Below are positions 8,780-19,204 of a DNA stretch of 64,000 nt, in pieces; positions within the stretch are counted from its first letter, which is position 1, and each line of letters begins with the position of its first letter. Source of the stretch: Opitutaceae bacterium (GTDB lineage: Bacteria; Verrucomicrobiota; Verrucomicrobiia; Opitutales; Opitutaceae); contig JACKPU010000002.1 of the NCBI GenBank assembly GCA_024233285.1, positions 324,954-388,953 on the forward strand, written 5' to 3'. Position numbers and translations under genes: made by a program. The notes below the pieces were generated by a model. The model had not been told where the DNA came from and did not search any database. It saw only the letters and a program-made list of their open reading frames with translations.

Positions 8780-9961
8780 TCAGAGGTGTTTGAGCTGTGC
8801 TTGGGCGAGGCGGCGGGCCTCGGCGTCGCAGGCTAGGACTGCGGAAAGGTCGGCCGGTTCCTGCTGAGGAACAACCTGCAAAGTCTGTTCCACGACCTGC
8901 GGAATCGCAAGAAAAGGTATCCGGTTGTCCAGAAATGCCGCGACGGCGATTTCGTTGGCGGCGTTGTAAACCGCCGGGGCGCTGCCGCCGGCGACCATGG
9001 TTTCCTGGGCGAGCCGCATCATCGGGAAGCGATTGGTATCAACCGGCTTGAAATCGAGTGACAGCAGCCGGGTGAAATCGAGCGGTGATTCGACGCCGGG
9101 CGCGCGCTCCGGATAAAGCAACGCGTGCTGGATCGCGAAGGTCATCGATGGCGGACACAGCTGGGCGAGCATCGCGCCGTCGCGGTATTCGACGAGGCAA
9201 TGGACGATACTTTGCGGGTGCAGCACGGCTTGGCACTGCTCGGGTTGCAAATCGAACAGGCACTGCGCTTCGATGAGCTCAAGGCCCTTGTTCGCGAGCG
9301 TGGCGGAATCGACCGTGATCTTGGGGCCCATCGCCCAATTCGGATGTTTGAGCGCATCGGCCGGGGTCACGTGGGCGAGTCGCTCCTGCGGCCAGTCGCG
9401 AAACGCCCCGCCGCTGGCAGTGAGCATGATGCGGCGGACGCCCGCCTGCGGGTGGCCTTCGATGCATTGAAAAACCGCGTTGTGTTCGCTGTCCACCGGC
9501 AGGAGTTGCACGCCGTTCGCCCTGGCGGCGGCCATGACGAATTTGCCGGCGAGGACGAGGATCTCCTTCGAAGCGAGGGCGATCGTCTTGCGGGCGTTGA
9601 TCGCGGCAAGGGTCGGTTCGAGGGCGGTGGTGCCGACCACGGCGACGAGCACGATATCGGCTTCGGTCAGTCTCGCGAGCTCGACCAGCCCGGCCATGCC
9701 GGCGTGAAATGTCGTGCCCGGCGCGAAGCGGCCCGAAGCCTTGGCAGCGGTGCAGGCGGCTTCGTCGAACAATCCCACGTGGGGCACGCGGTGCAGCGTC
9801 GCGATGCCGGCCAGCTTGGCCCAGTCCTGCCGGGCGGCGATCCCGACGAGTTCGAGCTTGTCCGGATGCGCGGCGATCACGCGCAGGGTGCTTTCGCCGA
9901 TCGAGCCGGTGGCGCCGAGCAGAACGACGCGTTTGCGGGAAACTGGAGATGAATCAGCCAA
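8780..9961 (-). CDS. dxr: 1-deoxy-D-xylulose 5-phosphate reductoisomerase
   Basis: LLGATGSIG, LPVDSEH, LTASGG, HPNWAMGPKITVDSAT, NAANE. Start uncertain: TTG at 9961 chosen, ORF open to 10000. Confidence 0.96.
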   Translation of the reverse strand: MADSSPVSRKRVVLLGATGSIGESTLRVIAAHPDKLELVGIAARQDWAKLAGIATLHRVPHVGLFDEAACTAAKASGRFAPGTTFHAGMAGLVELARLTEADIVLVAVVGTTALEPTLAAINARKTIALASKEILVLAGKFVMAAARANGVQLLPVDSEHNAVFQCIEGHPQAGVRRIMLTASGGAFRDWPQERLAHVTPADALKHPNWAMGPKITVDSATLANKGLELIEAQCLFDLQPEQCQAVLHPQSIVHCLVEYRDGAMLAQLCPPSMTFAIQHALLYPERAPGVESPLDFTRLLSLDFKPVDTNRFPMMRLAQETMVAGGSAPAVYNAANEIAVAAFLDNRIPFLAIPQVVEQTLQVVPQQEPADLSAVLACDAEARRLAQAQLKHL

Positions 9962-10015
9962 GGAAGGCGGACATTGCCGCAAACGCCCGCGGTTGGGCAA
10001 GCGAAGAGGCGCCGA

Positions 10016-10840
10016 TTACAGCACGAGGCTGAACAGCAGATAACCGAGCGGTGCGGTCAGGATCAGGGAATCACTTACGTCGAACATGCCGCCGATGCCC
10101 GGAATGATCCCGCCGGAGTCCTTGATGGCGGCGCGACGTTTGATGATCGATTCGACCAGATCTGAAACGATGCCGATGGCGGCAATCGGTGCGGCGATGA
10201 CGGCCGCGATCAAAGGGGTCATGCCCGCAGGCACGAAATCGCGACCCCACCAAGCGATGAGCGCACCGAGGCCCATCGAGATGAGCACGCCGCCAACGGC
10301 GCCTTCCCACGTTTTCTTGGGGCTGATCTCGGGCGACATTTTGTGTTTGCCGATCGCGAGGCCGGTGAGGAGCGCGCCCACATCGCAAAATTTCGCCACG
10401 GCCACGAGCCAGAGAAACAGCACCAGCCCCTGTTCGGGGAACTGCGGAGTCTGGATCAGAATGCGCACGAAATACTGCAGCATCAACGCCACATAAACCA
10501 AGCCGAACAGGGTGGCGGCGAGGGCTTCCACGCGTTGGGCGGCGGGGCGTTCACCCAGAATCCGGAGGGAAAAAATGATCACGGCGAGGGCCGGCGCATG
10601 CGCTGCGCCCAGCCCGAATTGTTGTTCCAACCACGGTCCCAGCGTGATGATGCCGCCGATGGCCATACCCAGTTTGTCGAAGGGCGCCAGACCGGTGGCG
10701 GAAAGCAGGCGGTAGAATTCCGCCAAGGTGAGCACCGAGATTATACCGACGAGAATGACTGCGCCAGTCGTGCGAAAATACCACAACGCGCCGCCGACGA
10801 TCAGCCAAAGAAGAATCGTGCTGAAAATGCGCTTGGCCAT
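10016..10840 (-). CDS. cdsA: Phosphatidate cytidylyltransferase
   Basis: Polytopic membrane protein; SPEISPKKTWEG, SDLVESIIKRRAAIKDSGGIIPGIGGMFD. Confidence 0.95.
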   Translation of the reverse strand: MAKRIFSTILLWLIVGGALWYFRTTGAVILVGIISVLTLAEFYRLLSATGLAPFDKLGMAIGGIITLGPWLEQQFGLGAAHAPALAVIIFSLRILGERPAAQRVEALAATLFGLVYVALMLQYFVRILIQTPQFPEQGLVLFLWLVAVAKFCDVGALLTGLAIGKHKMSPEISPKKTWEGAVGGVLISMGLGALIAWWGRDFVPAGMTPLIAAVIAAPIAAIGIVSDLVESIIKRRAAIKDSGGIIPGIGGMFDVSDSLILTAPLGYLLFSLVL

Positions 10841-10844
10841 GGGA

Positions 10845-11594
10845 TCAGGAAGTGGGGACGGGGGCTTGGACTTGGGCGCTGGTTTTCCCAAAACGGCGTT
10901 CGCGCCTGCCGTATTCGGCAATGGCGGTCGCGAGGTGTTCCTTGTTGAAGTCGGGCCAGAGCACCGGGGTGAAAACCAGTTCCGCGTAGGCACCTTGCAT
11001 CAGCAGGAAGTTGCTCAGGCGTTCCTCTCCCGAAGTGCGGATGATCAGGTCGGGGTCGGGCAGACCGGCGGTGTAGAGGAAGCGATTGAAGGTGCCCCAC
11101 GAGGTGTCGTCCGCGGCGATTTCACCCGCGGCAACGGCCTGCGCGTAGGCCTTGGCGGCGTCCACAATCTCGGTGCGCGATCCGTAGTTGAGCGCGAGCA
11201 CGAGGGTGTAATCGGTGAACGCCTTGGTGGCCTCGATGGTGTGGTCGAGGTGCTTTTGCACGCCGGCCGGCAGCTCGTTCGTGCGGCCGATGGTGCGCAG
11301 GCGAATGCGGTTTTTGATGAACGTGTTGAGCTCCTTTTTCAGGTAATACTCCAGCAGGCCCATCAGCGCGCCGACCTCGTCCTGCGGTCGGTTCCAATTT
11401 TCGACGGAAAACGCGTAAAGCGTCAGCGTGCGCAGGCCGAGTTCGCGTCCGGCATCCGTCACGGCGCGCACGGTTTCGACTCCGCGGCGATGGCCTTCGA
11501 TGCGGGGCAACCCGCGTTGCTGGGCCCAGCGACCGTTGCCATCCATGATGATGGCGACATGTTCGGGAGGGGTGCTGCTGGTGGTCTGCGGCAT
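10845..11594 (-). CDS. uppS: Undecaprenyl diphosphate synthase
   Basis: HVAIIMDGNGRWA, YAFSVENWNRP, PDLIIRTSGEERLSNFL. Confidence 0.97.
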   Translation of the reverse strand: MPQTTSSTPPEHVAIIMDGNGRWAQQRGLPRIEGHRRGVETVRAVTDAGRELGLRTLTLYAFSVENWNRPQDEVGALMGLLEYYLKKELNTFIKNRIRLRTIGRTNELPAGVQKHLDHTIEATKAFTDYTLVLALNYGSRTEIVDAAKAYAQAVAAGEIAADDTSWGTFNRFLYTAGLPDPDLIIRTSGEERLSNFLLMQGAYAELVFTPVLWPDFNKEHLATAIAEYGRRERRFGKTSAQVQAPVPTS

Positions 11595-11726
11595 CGGTGG
11601 TCCGCTGAGTTAGGGAGTCCCCGCGGGGTTTGACAAGCCGCCTTCGCATAAAGCTTCCGGTGGCGAAGGGGGGCGATGGCCATGGGAGTTTGCCATCGGC
11701 GCGGTTGCGCGTATAGTCTGAGCGTT

Positions 11727-12020
11727 ATGGCGAATTCAACCCTGACCCCCGAAGAAATCACGGAAGCGCTCAAAGGCCTGCCCGGATGGAAACATGAAAA
11801 CGATGCGCTGGTTAAGGCCTTCGAATTCGGCAGTTTCCGCGAAGCCATGTCGTTCATGGTCCGCGTGGCCTTTGAGGCCGAGAGCATGAACCATCACCCC
11901 GAGTGGACCAATGTTTACGACACGGTGAACGTGCGCCTGACCACCCATCACGTGGACAACAAGGTCACGACCAACGACGTGGAACTGGCGCAGCGATTCG
12001 AGAAGGTGAGCTGGTTGTGA
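11727..12020 (+). CDS. phhB: Pterin-4a-carbinolamine dehydratase
   Basis: AESMNHHPEW..YDTV.V.LTTH....T..D..LA. Confidence 0.92.
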   Translation: MANSTLTPEEITEALKGLPGWKHENDALVKAFEFGSFREAMSFMVRVAFEAESMNHHPEWTNVYDTVNVRLTTHHVDNKVTTNDVELAQRFEKVSWL

Positions 12021-12461
12021 TCAGCTGATGGCCTTGCGATACACGGCTTCCGTCTTGGTGTTGGTGTATCCGATTGCCGGATAGAAGGCGTGGCTTTCCG
12101 TGCGTTGGACGTTGCTGAATACCACGACCGCCTCCGCTCGGAGTGACCTTGCCCAAGCTTCGGCGCGTTCGACCAATTGTCGTCCGATGCCGAATCGCCG
12201 GTATTGAGCGGATACGACCAGTCCTGTGATTTGCACGCGATAACCGGAAGCGAGCGTGCCGAAGGCATGGGCGGTCAGCCATCCGCACGCCGTGTGGTTT
12301 TCATCTTCAGCGAGAACGATGAGCTGATCCGCCAGCCCCAGGATTTTATCCAATCGCGCTTGCATCACCGCGGTCTCAACCGGATAGCCCAACGTCGAGG
12401 CCAAGGTGGCAATCGCCTGGGCATCGCCGTGGCGGGCCTCGCGGAGGGTGATCATCGCCAT
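12021..12461 (-). CDS. GNAT family N-acetyltransferase
   Basis: LVVSAQYRRFGIGRQLV (motif A), FYPAIGY. Confidence 0.88.
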   Translation of the reverse strand: MAMITLREARHGDAQAIATLASTLGYPVETAVMQARLDKILGLADQLIVLAEDENHTACGWLTAHAFGTLASGYRVQITGLVVSAQYRRFGIGRQLVERAEAWARSLRAEAVVVFSNVQRTESHAFYPAIGYTNTKTEAVYRKAIS

Positions 12462-12466
12462 AGAAT

Positions 12467-13432
12467 TTACAGCCCCAGCATGAAGTTGAACGTGCGGTCG
12501 CTTTCGCCGGGCAGGGCCTCGTGGCCGTAATCGGGATAGATGACGACTTCCTTCTTGGCGGTGATTTTGTTGTAGGCCGCGAACTGGGTCGAGGGCGGGC
12601 AGATCGGGTCCATTAGGCCGGTATACATGAGCACCTCGGCTTGGATGCGCGAGGCGAGATGTTGCAGGTCGATGTAACCGAGCTTGGTGAACACCTCCTG
12701 CTCGCGTTCATGCCGCGGGTCGAACATGCGAAAATAGTAGCTGAGTTCGTCGTAGGCGGCCTTGGCCTGGTCCATCTCCCACACGCGCTGGTAATCGCAG
12801 AGAAAGGGGAAGACGGGCGCGGCGCGTTTGATCCGCGGTTCGAGCGCAGCGCAGGCGATGGTGAGCGCGCCGCCCTGTGAACCACCCATTGCGCCGACTC
12901 GCGTGGCGTCCACTTCCTCAAAACTCATCACGACCCGGGCCAACTGTGCGGTGTCGAGAAAGATGCTGCGGAAAAGGAGCTTTTGCGGGTCCGGATCGTC
13001 GAGACCGCGAATGATGTCGCCGCGCAGGGTCGTGCCCTTCACGCCGCCGGTGTCCTCGGAGCGTCCGCCTTGGCCGCGCGCGTCCATCGCGGCGACGCAA
13101 AATCCCTCGCCGGTGTAGCCGAGCTTGCCGGAGAAGTCGCCGCCGTTGCCCGAGTAGCCGTGAAACTGCAGGATCGCCGGGCACTTGCCCGCGCGTTGCT
13201 TCGGGCGAAGGTATTTGGCATAGATGCGGGCACCGCCGACGCCGGTGAACCACAGGTCAAAAACCTCGGTGTGGCGCGGGGCGATTGCGGCTGAGGGCAC
13301 GAGTTCGGGTTTGGGATCCGTGGCGTCCAATTCGGCCAGAGCCGTGGCCCAGTAGGCGTCGAAATCGGCGGGGCGGGGATTGATACCTTGGTAAGTGCGA
13401 AGTTCCGCGAGCGGTTTGTCGATGAGGGGCAT
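12467..13432 (-). CDS. Acetylxylan esterase / cephalosporin-C deacetylase (CE7)
   Basis: PADFDAYW, FHGY, DARGQGG (RGQ), GGSQGG nucleophile, DPICPPSTQFAAYN, GHE. Confidence 0.92.
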   Translation of the reverse strand: MPLIDKPLAELRTYQGINPRPADFDAYWATALAELDATDPKPELVPSAAIAPRHTEVFDLWFTGVGGARIYAKYLRPKQRAGKCPAILQFHGYSGNGGDFSGKLGYTGEGFCVAAMDARGQGGRSEDTGGVKGTTLRGDIIRGLDDPDPQKLLFRSIFLDTAQLARVVMSFEEVDATRVGAMGGSQGGALTIACAALEPRIKRAAPVFPFLCDYQRVWEMDQAKAAYDELSYYFRMFDPRHEREQEVFTKLGYIDLQHLASRIQAEVLMYTGLMDPICPPSTQFAAYNKITAKKEVVIYPDYGHEALPGESDRTFNFMLGL

Positions 13433-13581
13433 GGGTAAAAGGGAAGGGAGTAGGCGATGCCAATCCGGCTGAAATTGTCGCGGGATGCAAGACGAGGTGC
13501 ATTTCAAGTCCCAGATTTTGGCGTCAGTGTGTGGGTTTGATTCGGATTGTGTCGGGGCGCCGCCGGCGCGTTGATGACGCC

Positions 13582-14280
13582 ATGAAAGTCGCATTCATCA
13601 GTGGCACGAGCATCGTCAATTCCGACCTGTTTGCCTCGTGGGCCGTCAAAACCATCCGGACCGAATACGGCGAGGTCACTTACAAGACGCAGGGCGACTT
13701 TGCCCTGATCAACCGGCACGGTTATGCGTTTCCGCTGCCGCCGCATTCGATCAATTATCGCGCCAACATCCGGGCGCTGGCGGAGCTGGGTTTCAAGGAT
13801 GTGGTTTCGCTCAACTCGGTCGGATCGCTGAAGAAGGACCTGCCGCCCGGCACGTTCGTGTCTTGCAGCGACTACGTTGGTCTGCAGCAAGGACCGGCGA
13901 CGTTTTACGATCAGGAGCTCAAGGGCGGCGCGCCCGGCATCGCCAACAACCTGATCCCGTTGCTGCTCGAAAAGCTCGCCCCGGAATTCACGATTCACCC
14001 CGGCAAGGTTTACGTGCAGATGCGCGGCCCGCGATTTGAAACCAAGGCGGAGATTCGCATCGTGCAGCACTGGGGCGACGTCATCGGCATGACGGCCTGT
14101 CACGAAGCTGATCTGTGCACCGAGGCCGGGCTCAATTACAACAGCCTCGCACTCATCGACAATTACGCCAACGGCCTTGAAGGCACCGAGATCGACTTCG
14201 CGAAGTTCAAGGAGCTCGTAAAGGACAACCAGGCCAAGGTGAACCGGCTGTTCCAGCGCATGCTGGAGATCCTCGGATAA
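13582..14280 (+). CDS. MTAP-family purine nucleoside phosphorylase
   Basis: RHG...PPHSINYRANIRAL, SVGSL, GPRFETKAE, GDVIGMT, DNYA. Confidence 0.9.
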   Translation: MKVAFISGTSIVNSDLFASWAVKTIRTEYGEVTYKTQGDFALINRHGYAFPLPPHSINYRANIRALAELGFKDVVSLNSVGSLKKDLPPGTFVSCSDYVGLQQGPATFYDQELKGGAPGIANNLIPLLLEKLAPEFTIHPGKVYVQMRGPRFETKAEIRIVQHWGDVIGMTACHEADLCTEAGLNYNSLALIDNYANGLEGTEIDFAKFKELVKDNQAKVNRLFQRMLEILG

Positions 14281-14298
14281 ACCAGTGGTCAGCGTATC

Positions 14299-15996
14299 AT
14301 GAAGATTTGGCGCATACTCGGTCTGCTGGCGCTGGTCTGGACCGGCGTAGCCCGCGCAGAGGGGTTTGCTGATTCGCCGTTTGGACCAGTGTCGCTTGCT
14401 GATCCGGCTGATCCGACCGCGGGCAATCGCGTCGTCAGCATCGAAAACGGCCGTGATGCGTTGTTGGTGCGTTTGCACCTGATCCGGCAGGCGCGCGCAT
14501 CGATCGACATCCAAACCTTCATTTGGACCGACGATGAGTGTGGCCGGTTGCTCATGTATGAATTGATCGAGGCGGCCAGACGCGGGGTGCGCGTCCGCAT
14601 CATCGCCGACCACATGGTGTCCGACCAGGATCCGCGCACCGTGGCGTTTCTGGCGACGGTGCACCCGAATTTCCAGGTGCGGCACTACCGGCCGGCGATG
14701 CGGCGCATCAATCCGTCGCTTTGGCAGACGATGCTGGCGGGGGCGTTGTCGTTTCACGGCACCAACCAGCGGATGCACAACAAGCTCATGGTCTTCGACG
14801 GGGCGATCATGCTGACCGGCGGGCGCAATATCGAGAACACCTATTTCGATCATTCGCGCACCATGAACTTCCGCGATCGCGACGTGCTGGCGGTCGGGCC
14901 CGTGGCGCAGGTGGCGGCGGACTCCTTTGAGGAATTCTGGAATTTCAAACACACCGTGCCCGGCACGGAATTGACCGACGTGGCGGCGATCATCGCCGCG
15001 GACAAGTATCCGCGTTACGAATCGCGGGCCGATTACGATTTTGGCGTGTTCTTTGCCGACGAAGCGGCACTGACGGGTGAAGTGGCGGCGGCGGCCACGC
15101 GCCTGGGCGGCCAGCTGCGACTCGTGGCCAAGGTGCGGTTTATTGTGGACCTGCCGGGGAAATCGTCGGGTTGGTTTGCGCGCGATTCACTCATCACCCG
15201 CAAACTGCGCGCTCTGGCGGCGGGGGCGGAGCGCGACATCGTCATGCAGACGCCCTATTTGATTCTGAGCAAACCGGCGCGCCGGCTGGTGAAGGAGCTG
15301 CAGCGCAAGAATCCGGACATGAGAATCAGGATCTCATCGAACAGTTTTGCTTCGACCGACAACCTTCTTGCCTATTCGGCCAACTACCGGCTGCGTGGCG
15401 TTTACGTGCGCGATCTCGGGCTCGAGATTCACGAATTCAAACCGCAACCGGAATCCCTGCGCGAATTGTTTCCCGATTACGATGCCATGGCGGATCTGGC
15501 CGCGGCGGAGCAACCGCGCAATCCCGCGAAGCCGTTCCTGTGCATCCACGCCAAGTCGCTGGTCGTGGACGACCGCGTGAGTTTTGTGGGCTCTTACAAC
15601 CTCGATCCGCGCTCCGAAAACCTTAACACCGAGGTTGGCCTGGTCATCGAAGATGAGTTGTTTGCCCGCGAATTGCGCGCGGCAATCGAAGCCGACATGC
15701 AACCGGAGAACAGCTGGGTTATCGGCAAACGCGATCTGCCCCTGCCGGTTGGTATGGTCAACGCCTTGATCGACGGGATCATCTCGCACACGCCGCTGGA
15801 TGTCTGGCCGGTGCAAAACACGACCAGCTATGAATTGCGGCCCGATAAGGCCGAACTTCCGTTGGGGCATCCGGATTTTCACCGCCACTATCGCGATGCG
15901 GGACCGTTTCCGGGCACGGACGGTTTGTTGTCCACGAAGGAAATTCTCACGCGCATTTACAAGGCGGTCGGATCGCCTTTGACGCCGATTCTTTAG
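14299..15996 (+). CDS. Phospholipase D family protein (ClsC/YmdC-like) with signal peptide
   Basis: Two HKD motifs (RMHNKLMVFD, HAKSLVVD), GGRNI, GSYNLDPRS..LNTE. Confidence 0.9.
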   Translation: MKIWRILGLLALVWTGVARAEGFADSPFGPVSLADPADPTAGNRVVSIENGRDALLVRLHLIRQARASIDIQTFIWTDDECGRLLMYELIEAARRGVRVRIIADHMVSDQDPRTVAFLATVHPNFQVRHYRPAMRRINPSLWQTMLAGALSFHGTNQRMHNKLMVFDGAIMLTGGRNIENTYFDHSRTMNFRDRDVLAVGPVAQVAADSFEEFWNFKHTVPGTELTDVAAIIAADKYPRYESRADYDFGVFFADEAALTGEVAAAATRLGGQLRLVAKVRFIVDLPGKSSGWFARDSLITRKLRALAAGAERDIVMQTPYLILSKPARRLVKELQRKNPDMRIRISSNSFASTDNLLAYSANYRLRGVYVRDLGLEIHEFKPQPESLRELFPDYDAMADLAAAEQPRNPAKPFLCIHAKSLVVDDRVSFVGSYNLDPRSENLNTEVGLVIEDELFARELRAAIEADMQPENSWVIGKRDLPLPVGMVNALIDGIISHTPLDVWPVQNTTSYELRPDKAELPLGHPDFHRHYRDAGPFPGTDGLLSTKEILTRIYKAVGSPLTPIL

Positions 15997-16053
15997 CCGT
16001 CGCGGCAAAAAGCCTTTGTGTCCGCCGGCGGTTTCATGGTGAAACAAGCCATC

Positions 16054-16878
16054 ATGAAAATCGGTATTCTGGGCATGGGGATCATCGGCCGCATTTGGGC
16101 GGGACATTATCAAACCGACGGTATGTTGGCGGGCACTTGGAATCGCACGCCGCAGCCCGATGCGCCGGCGTGGTGCGACACGCCCGAGGCCGTGGCGGAG
16201 GCGGCGGATGTCATCCAGATCGTGGTGGCCGACCCTCCGGCGGTGGAATCGGTGCTCAATCGCATTCTGCCCAAGCTAGGTCCCGGCAAGATCGTGGTCC
16301 AGTCGAGCACGATCGATCCGGCCAGCAGCGATAAGTTCCACTCGCTCGTCACCGGCACCGGGGCGCGCTATCTTGAAGCGCCGTTCACCGGCAGCAAACC
16401 CGGCGCGGAAACGCGCAAGACCGTCTATTATCTCGGCGGTGACGAAGCCTTGATCGCGGAGCTCAAACCGTTCTTCGACGTGGTTTCGCAAGTGCGCATC
16501 CGCATTGGCGATCACCGGCAGGCCTGCACGCTCAAGCTCGCGATGAACCTCAACCTCGCCGTGCAATTGGAGGCGCTGTGCGAGTCGCTTGCGATGGTGC
16601 GCCGCTCCGGCGTGAGCGATGACATTTATTTCAACGTGCTCAACAGCAACGCGGCCTGTTCCGGCCTGACCAAGCTCAAGGAACCGAAGCTGCGCAATGC
16701 CGATTGGTCACCGCAGTTTTCGACCAAACACATGGCCAAGGACATGCGGCTGGCCTCCAGCATCAACGGCTGCGAGGATTTCCCCGTGCTCGACGCCGTC
16801 CGCCATCGCCTCGCCGAGGCCGAGCGCGCGGGTTTTGCCGACGAGGACTTCGCCGCGGTGATGAAGCTGCTGGGCTAA
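16054..16878 (+). CDS. 3-hydroxyisobutyrate dehydrogenase-family NAD(P) oxidoreductase
   Basis: GILGMGIIG, WNRT, SSTIDP, EAPFTGS, KLAMN, KDMRLA. Confidence 0.9.
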   Translation: MKIGILGMGIIGRIWAGHYQTDGMLAGTWNRTPQPDAPAWCDTPEAVAEAADVIQIVVADPPAVESVLNRILPKLGPGKIVVQSSTIDPASSDKFHSLVTGTGARYLEAPFTGSKPGAETRKTVYYLGGDEALIAELKPFFDVVSQVRIRIGDHRQACTLKLAMNLNLAVQLEALCESLAMVRRSGVSDDIYFNVLNSNAACSGLTKLKEPKLRNADWSPQFSTKHMAKDMRLASSINGCEDFPVLDAVRHRLAEAERAGFADEDFAAVMKLLG

Positions 16879-17888
16879 TCGGATTTAGCGGTGGCGATGT
16901 CCGTTTGGTAAAGCCGGCGGTCGCTGAAAATGTCCGTCCACGTGACGTCGTCCGTGTAGTCTTCGGACAGGTGTTGTTGCAACAGTCCGAAGGTGCCGGC
17001 GAGGCCGAGCAGGATGTGCGGGTGCTCGTCCAGCAATTCCGCGCGGCGGTTTGTCCAGGCGGATTCGACGGTGCGACCGAAGCGATGCACGGCGTCGCGG
17101 ATCTCACCCGCCCGGTAACCCGGCGCGGTTTCGCCGGCGAACTTCAGGGCGTAGAGCGCATCGAGTTCGAGGTAGCTCACGGGATAGTGACCGGGATCGT
17201 CGAGCCAGCGGGCATCGGGCAATTGCATCGCGAGCACGCTGTCGATCAGGCGCTCCGGCGCGGGAAACGCGCGCTGATGATGTTGATAAATCGGGAGGAT
17301 GTGGGCGCTGCCGCCGAGGGCCTGATGACGGTCGGTGTGCGGGATGCCCTTGGCCCACCAACCGGTGGCGCGGTCGAGATGCGCATCGAGCCAGTTAAAC
17401 ACGGCGGTCCGCCACTCCCTCGGGCAGGCGGCGCTCATGCTGTAGATATGCATGCCGCCCCAGAACAGATGCGAGGCGGACCATTGCGCGGCCCAGTCGA
17501 TTTGCTCGAGCCATGCGGGCACCTCAGCCGGATCGGCAAACGGCGCATAGAGCGTGTGCGGATAACGCATGGGTTCGCCCAAGGCGCCAAGTGCGCCGAC
17601 AACCATGCCGTGGCCGTGGAGTTGCGAATGATGCGTGAAGACGTCGGTGAACGTGCCGTTGGGTTTTTGAAACGAATTGATGTGGTCGGCCCAGGCGCGC
17701 CGTTCCGCGGGCGAAAGTGTTTCCACCAGCGTCTCGCCCATGAGCGTCCGCATCAGTGCGACGTCGAGCGACGCATAGAGGTCGGTGCGGCGACCCCGGC
17801 CGCCGCGATAGCTGCCGACCGGACCGTCCCGGTCGCGCAGACTGGCCAGGTGATTGAGCAGGACGGAGCGAACGTCGCCTAGATTCAT
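16875..17888 (-). CDS. Hypothetical protein with prenyltransferase/terpene-cyclase-like repeats
   Basis: QKPNGTF, LDRATGWW and QLPDARW resemble QxxDGxW repeats; Trp/His-rich helical sequence. Confidence 0.6.
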   Translation of the reverse strand: MNLGDVRSVLLNHLASLRDRDGPVGSYRGGRGRRTDLYASLDVALMRTLMGETLVETLSPAERRAWADHINSFQKPNGTFTDVFTHHSQLHGHGMVVGALGALGEPMRYPHTLYAPFADPAEVPAWLEQIDWAAQWSASHLFWGGMHIYSMSAACPREWRTAVFNWLDAHLDRATGWWAKGIPHTDRHQALGGSAHILPIYQHHQRAFPAPERLIDSVLAMQLPDARWLDDPGHYPVSYLELDALYALKFAGETAPGYRAGEIRDAVHRFGRTVESAWTNRRAELLDEHPHILLGLAGTFGLLQQHLSEDYTDDVTWTDIFSDRRLYQTDIATAKSD

Positions 17889-17937
17889 GCGAGACAATCT
17901 CATTGCCACGGTCCCGGCGCGAGGCGAAGAAAAATGC

Positions 17938-19197
17938 ATGGTCACCCCGATTGCTGAAACGCTGGCGCGCGAAGTCCGGCGCACCCACCCCGACCACATC
18001 GTTTACGTGCCGCAGAGTGTCGACGGTTCCACGCACGACACGGGCAACGAGCACTTTCTCGTTTCCGAGCATCCGCAGGGCGGTCTGTTCGCGGTGTGGA
18101 CGCAGAGCTCCTACGAGGGCGAGCCGGATCAACGCGTGGTGTTTGCGCGCAGCCGGGATGGCGGTGAAACGTGGAGCGCGCCGAAGTTCGTCGCCGGTCC
18201 GGCGGATGGCGGCGGCATCGCCAGCTGGCAGTTTCCCCTGATCTCAAAATCCGGCCGCATTTACCTCTACTACAACCGTTACATCGGACGGCACGACTAC
18301 GCGATGTCCACCTGCGGAGTGATGGCGGGCAAATACTCCGATGACGGCGGCGAAACGTGGTCGGCCGAACAGGTCGTGCCGATGCCGCGCAGCAAGTGGG
18401 ATCATCCGGATACCGGCATTCCGTCCAACTGGATCATCTGGCAAAAACCGTTGAAGTTTTTTGATGGTCATTACTACGCGGGCTTCACGCGCTGGGTGAG
18501 CCCGGCGGTGTCGGGTCCGCGGCGCGTGGAGTATTGGTGGTCACAGGCCTCGGTCGTGGAATTCATGCGCTTTGAAAACGTGGACGACGATCCCGAGCCG
18601 CGCGACCTGCGCATCAGTTGGATTTGCGCGAACGAGAACGCCCTCCAATACGGCCATATCGGTCATCCGGATGTGAGTGTGGTGCAGGAACCGGCGATCG
18701 TGCTGCTGCCGGATGGGCGCTTGTTCTGCGTGATGCGCACCAATGCCGGGCACGCCGTGTGGTCCGAATCAGCGGACAAAGGCGATACGTGGACGCAACC
18801 CGTCGCGTTGCGCCAGACGGATGACCGTTTGCCGCTCCCGCATCCGTGCAGTCCGTGTCCGATCTACGAAGTATCGCCGGGCGAATACATTTTTCTCTTT
18901 CACAATCACGACGGGCACATGGGCGGGTGGGGGCCGATGAATAGCGAAAACCACCGGCGGCCGATCTGGCTTGTGCGCGGCCTGTTCCGCCCCGGGGCGA
19001 AGCAACCGGTCTGGTTTTCCGAACCGCAGTTCTTCATGGACAACGGCGGCGTGCCGATGCGCCGCGCCGATCTGGCGATGTATGCGAGCACCACGGCCAG
19101 CGAGGATGGTATCACGCTGTGGTATCCCGAACGGAAGTTCTTCCTGCTGGGGAAAAAGATCACGCGCGCGGCCCTCGCGGAGATCGCGGTGCCGTGA
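17938..19197 (+). CDS. BNR/Asp-box beta-propeller (sialidase-like) protein
   Basis: Asp boxes SRDGGETWS, SDDGGETWS, SADKGDTWT; EPAIVLLPDGRLFCVMRT. Confidence 0.85.
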   Translation: MVTPIAETLAREVRRTHPDHIVYVPQSVDGSTHDTGNEHFLVSEHPQGGLFAVWTQSSYEGEPDQRVVFARSRDGGETWSAPKFVAGPADGGGIASWQFPLISKSGRIYLYYNRYIGRHDYAMSTCGVMAGKYSDDGGETWSAEQVVPMPRSKWDHPDTGIPSNWIIWQKPLKFFDGHYYAGFTRWVSPAVSGPRRVEYWWSQASVVEFMRFENVDDDPEPRDLRISWICANENALQYGHIGHPDVSVVQEPAIVLLPDGRLFCVMRTNAGHAVWSESADKGDTWTQPVALRQTDDRLPLPHPCSPCPIYEVSPGEYIFLFHNHDGHMGGWGPMNSENHRRPIWLVRGLFRPGAKQPVWFSEPQFFMDNGGVPMRRADLAMYASTTASEDGITLWYPERKFFLLGKKITRAALAEIAVP

Positions 19198-19204
19198 TGT
19201 CCGG

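Noticed and set aside
11638-11675. Imperfect hairpin CCTTCGC...GCGAAGG between uppS and phhB
   Set aside because: It may be a decayed repeat of another family, but there is only one copy in the window
14299-15996. PLD protein as a defence nuclease
   Set aside because: The signal peptide and two HKD motifs in ClsC-like contexts indicate a lipid enzyme
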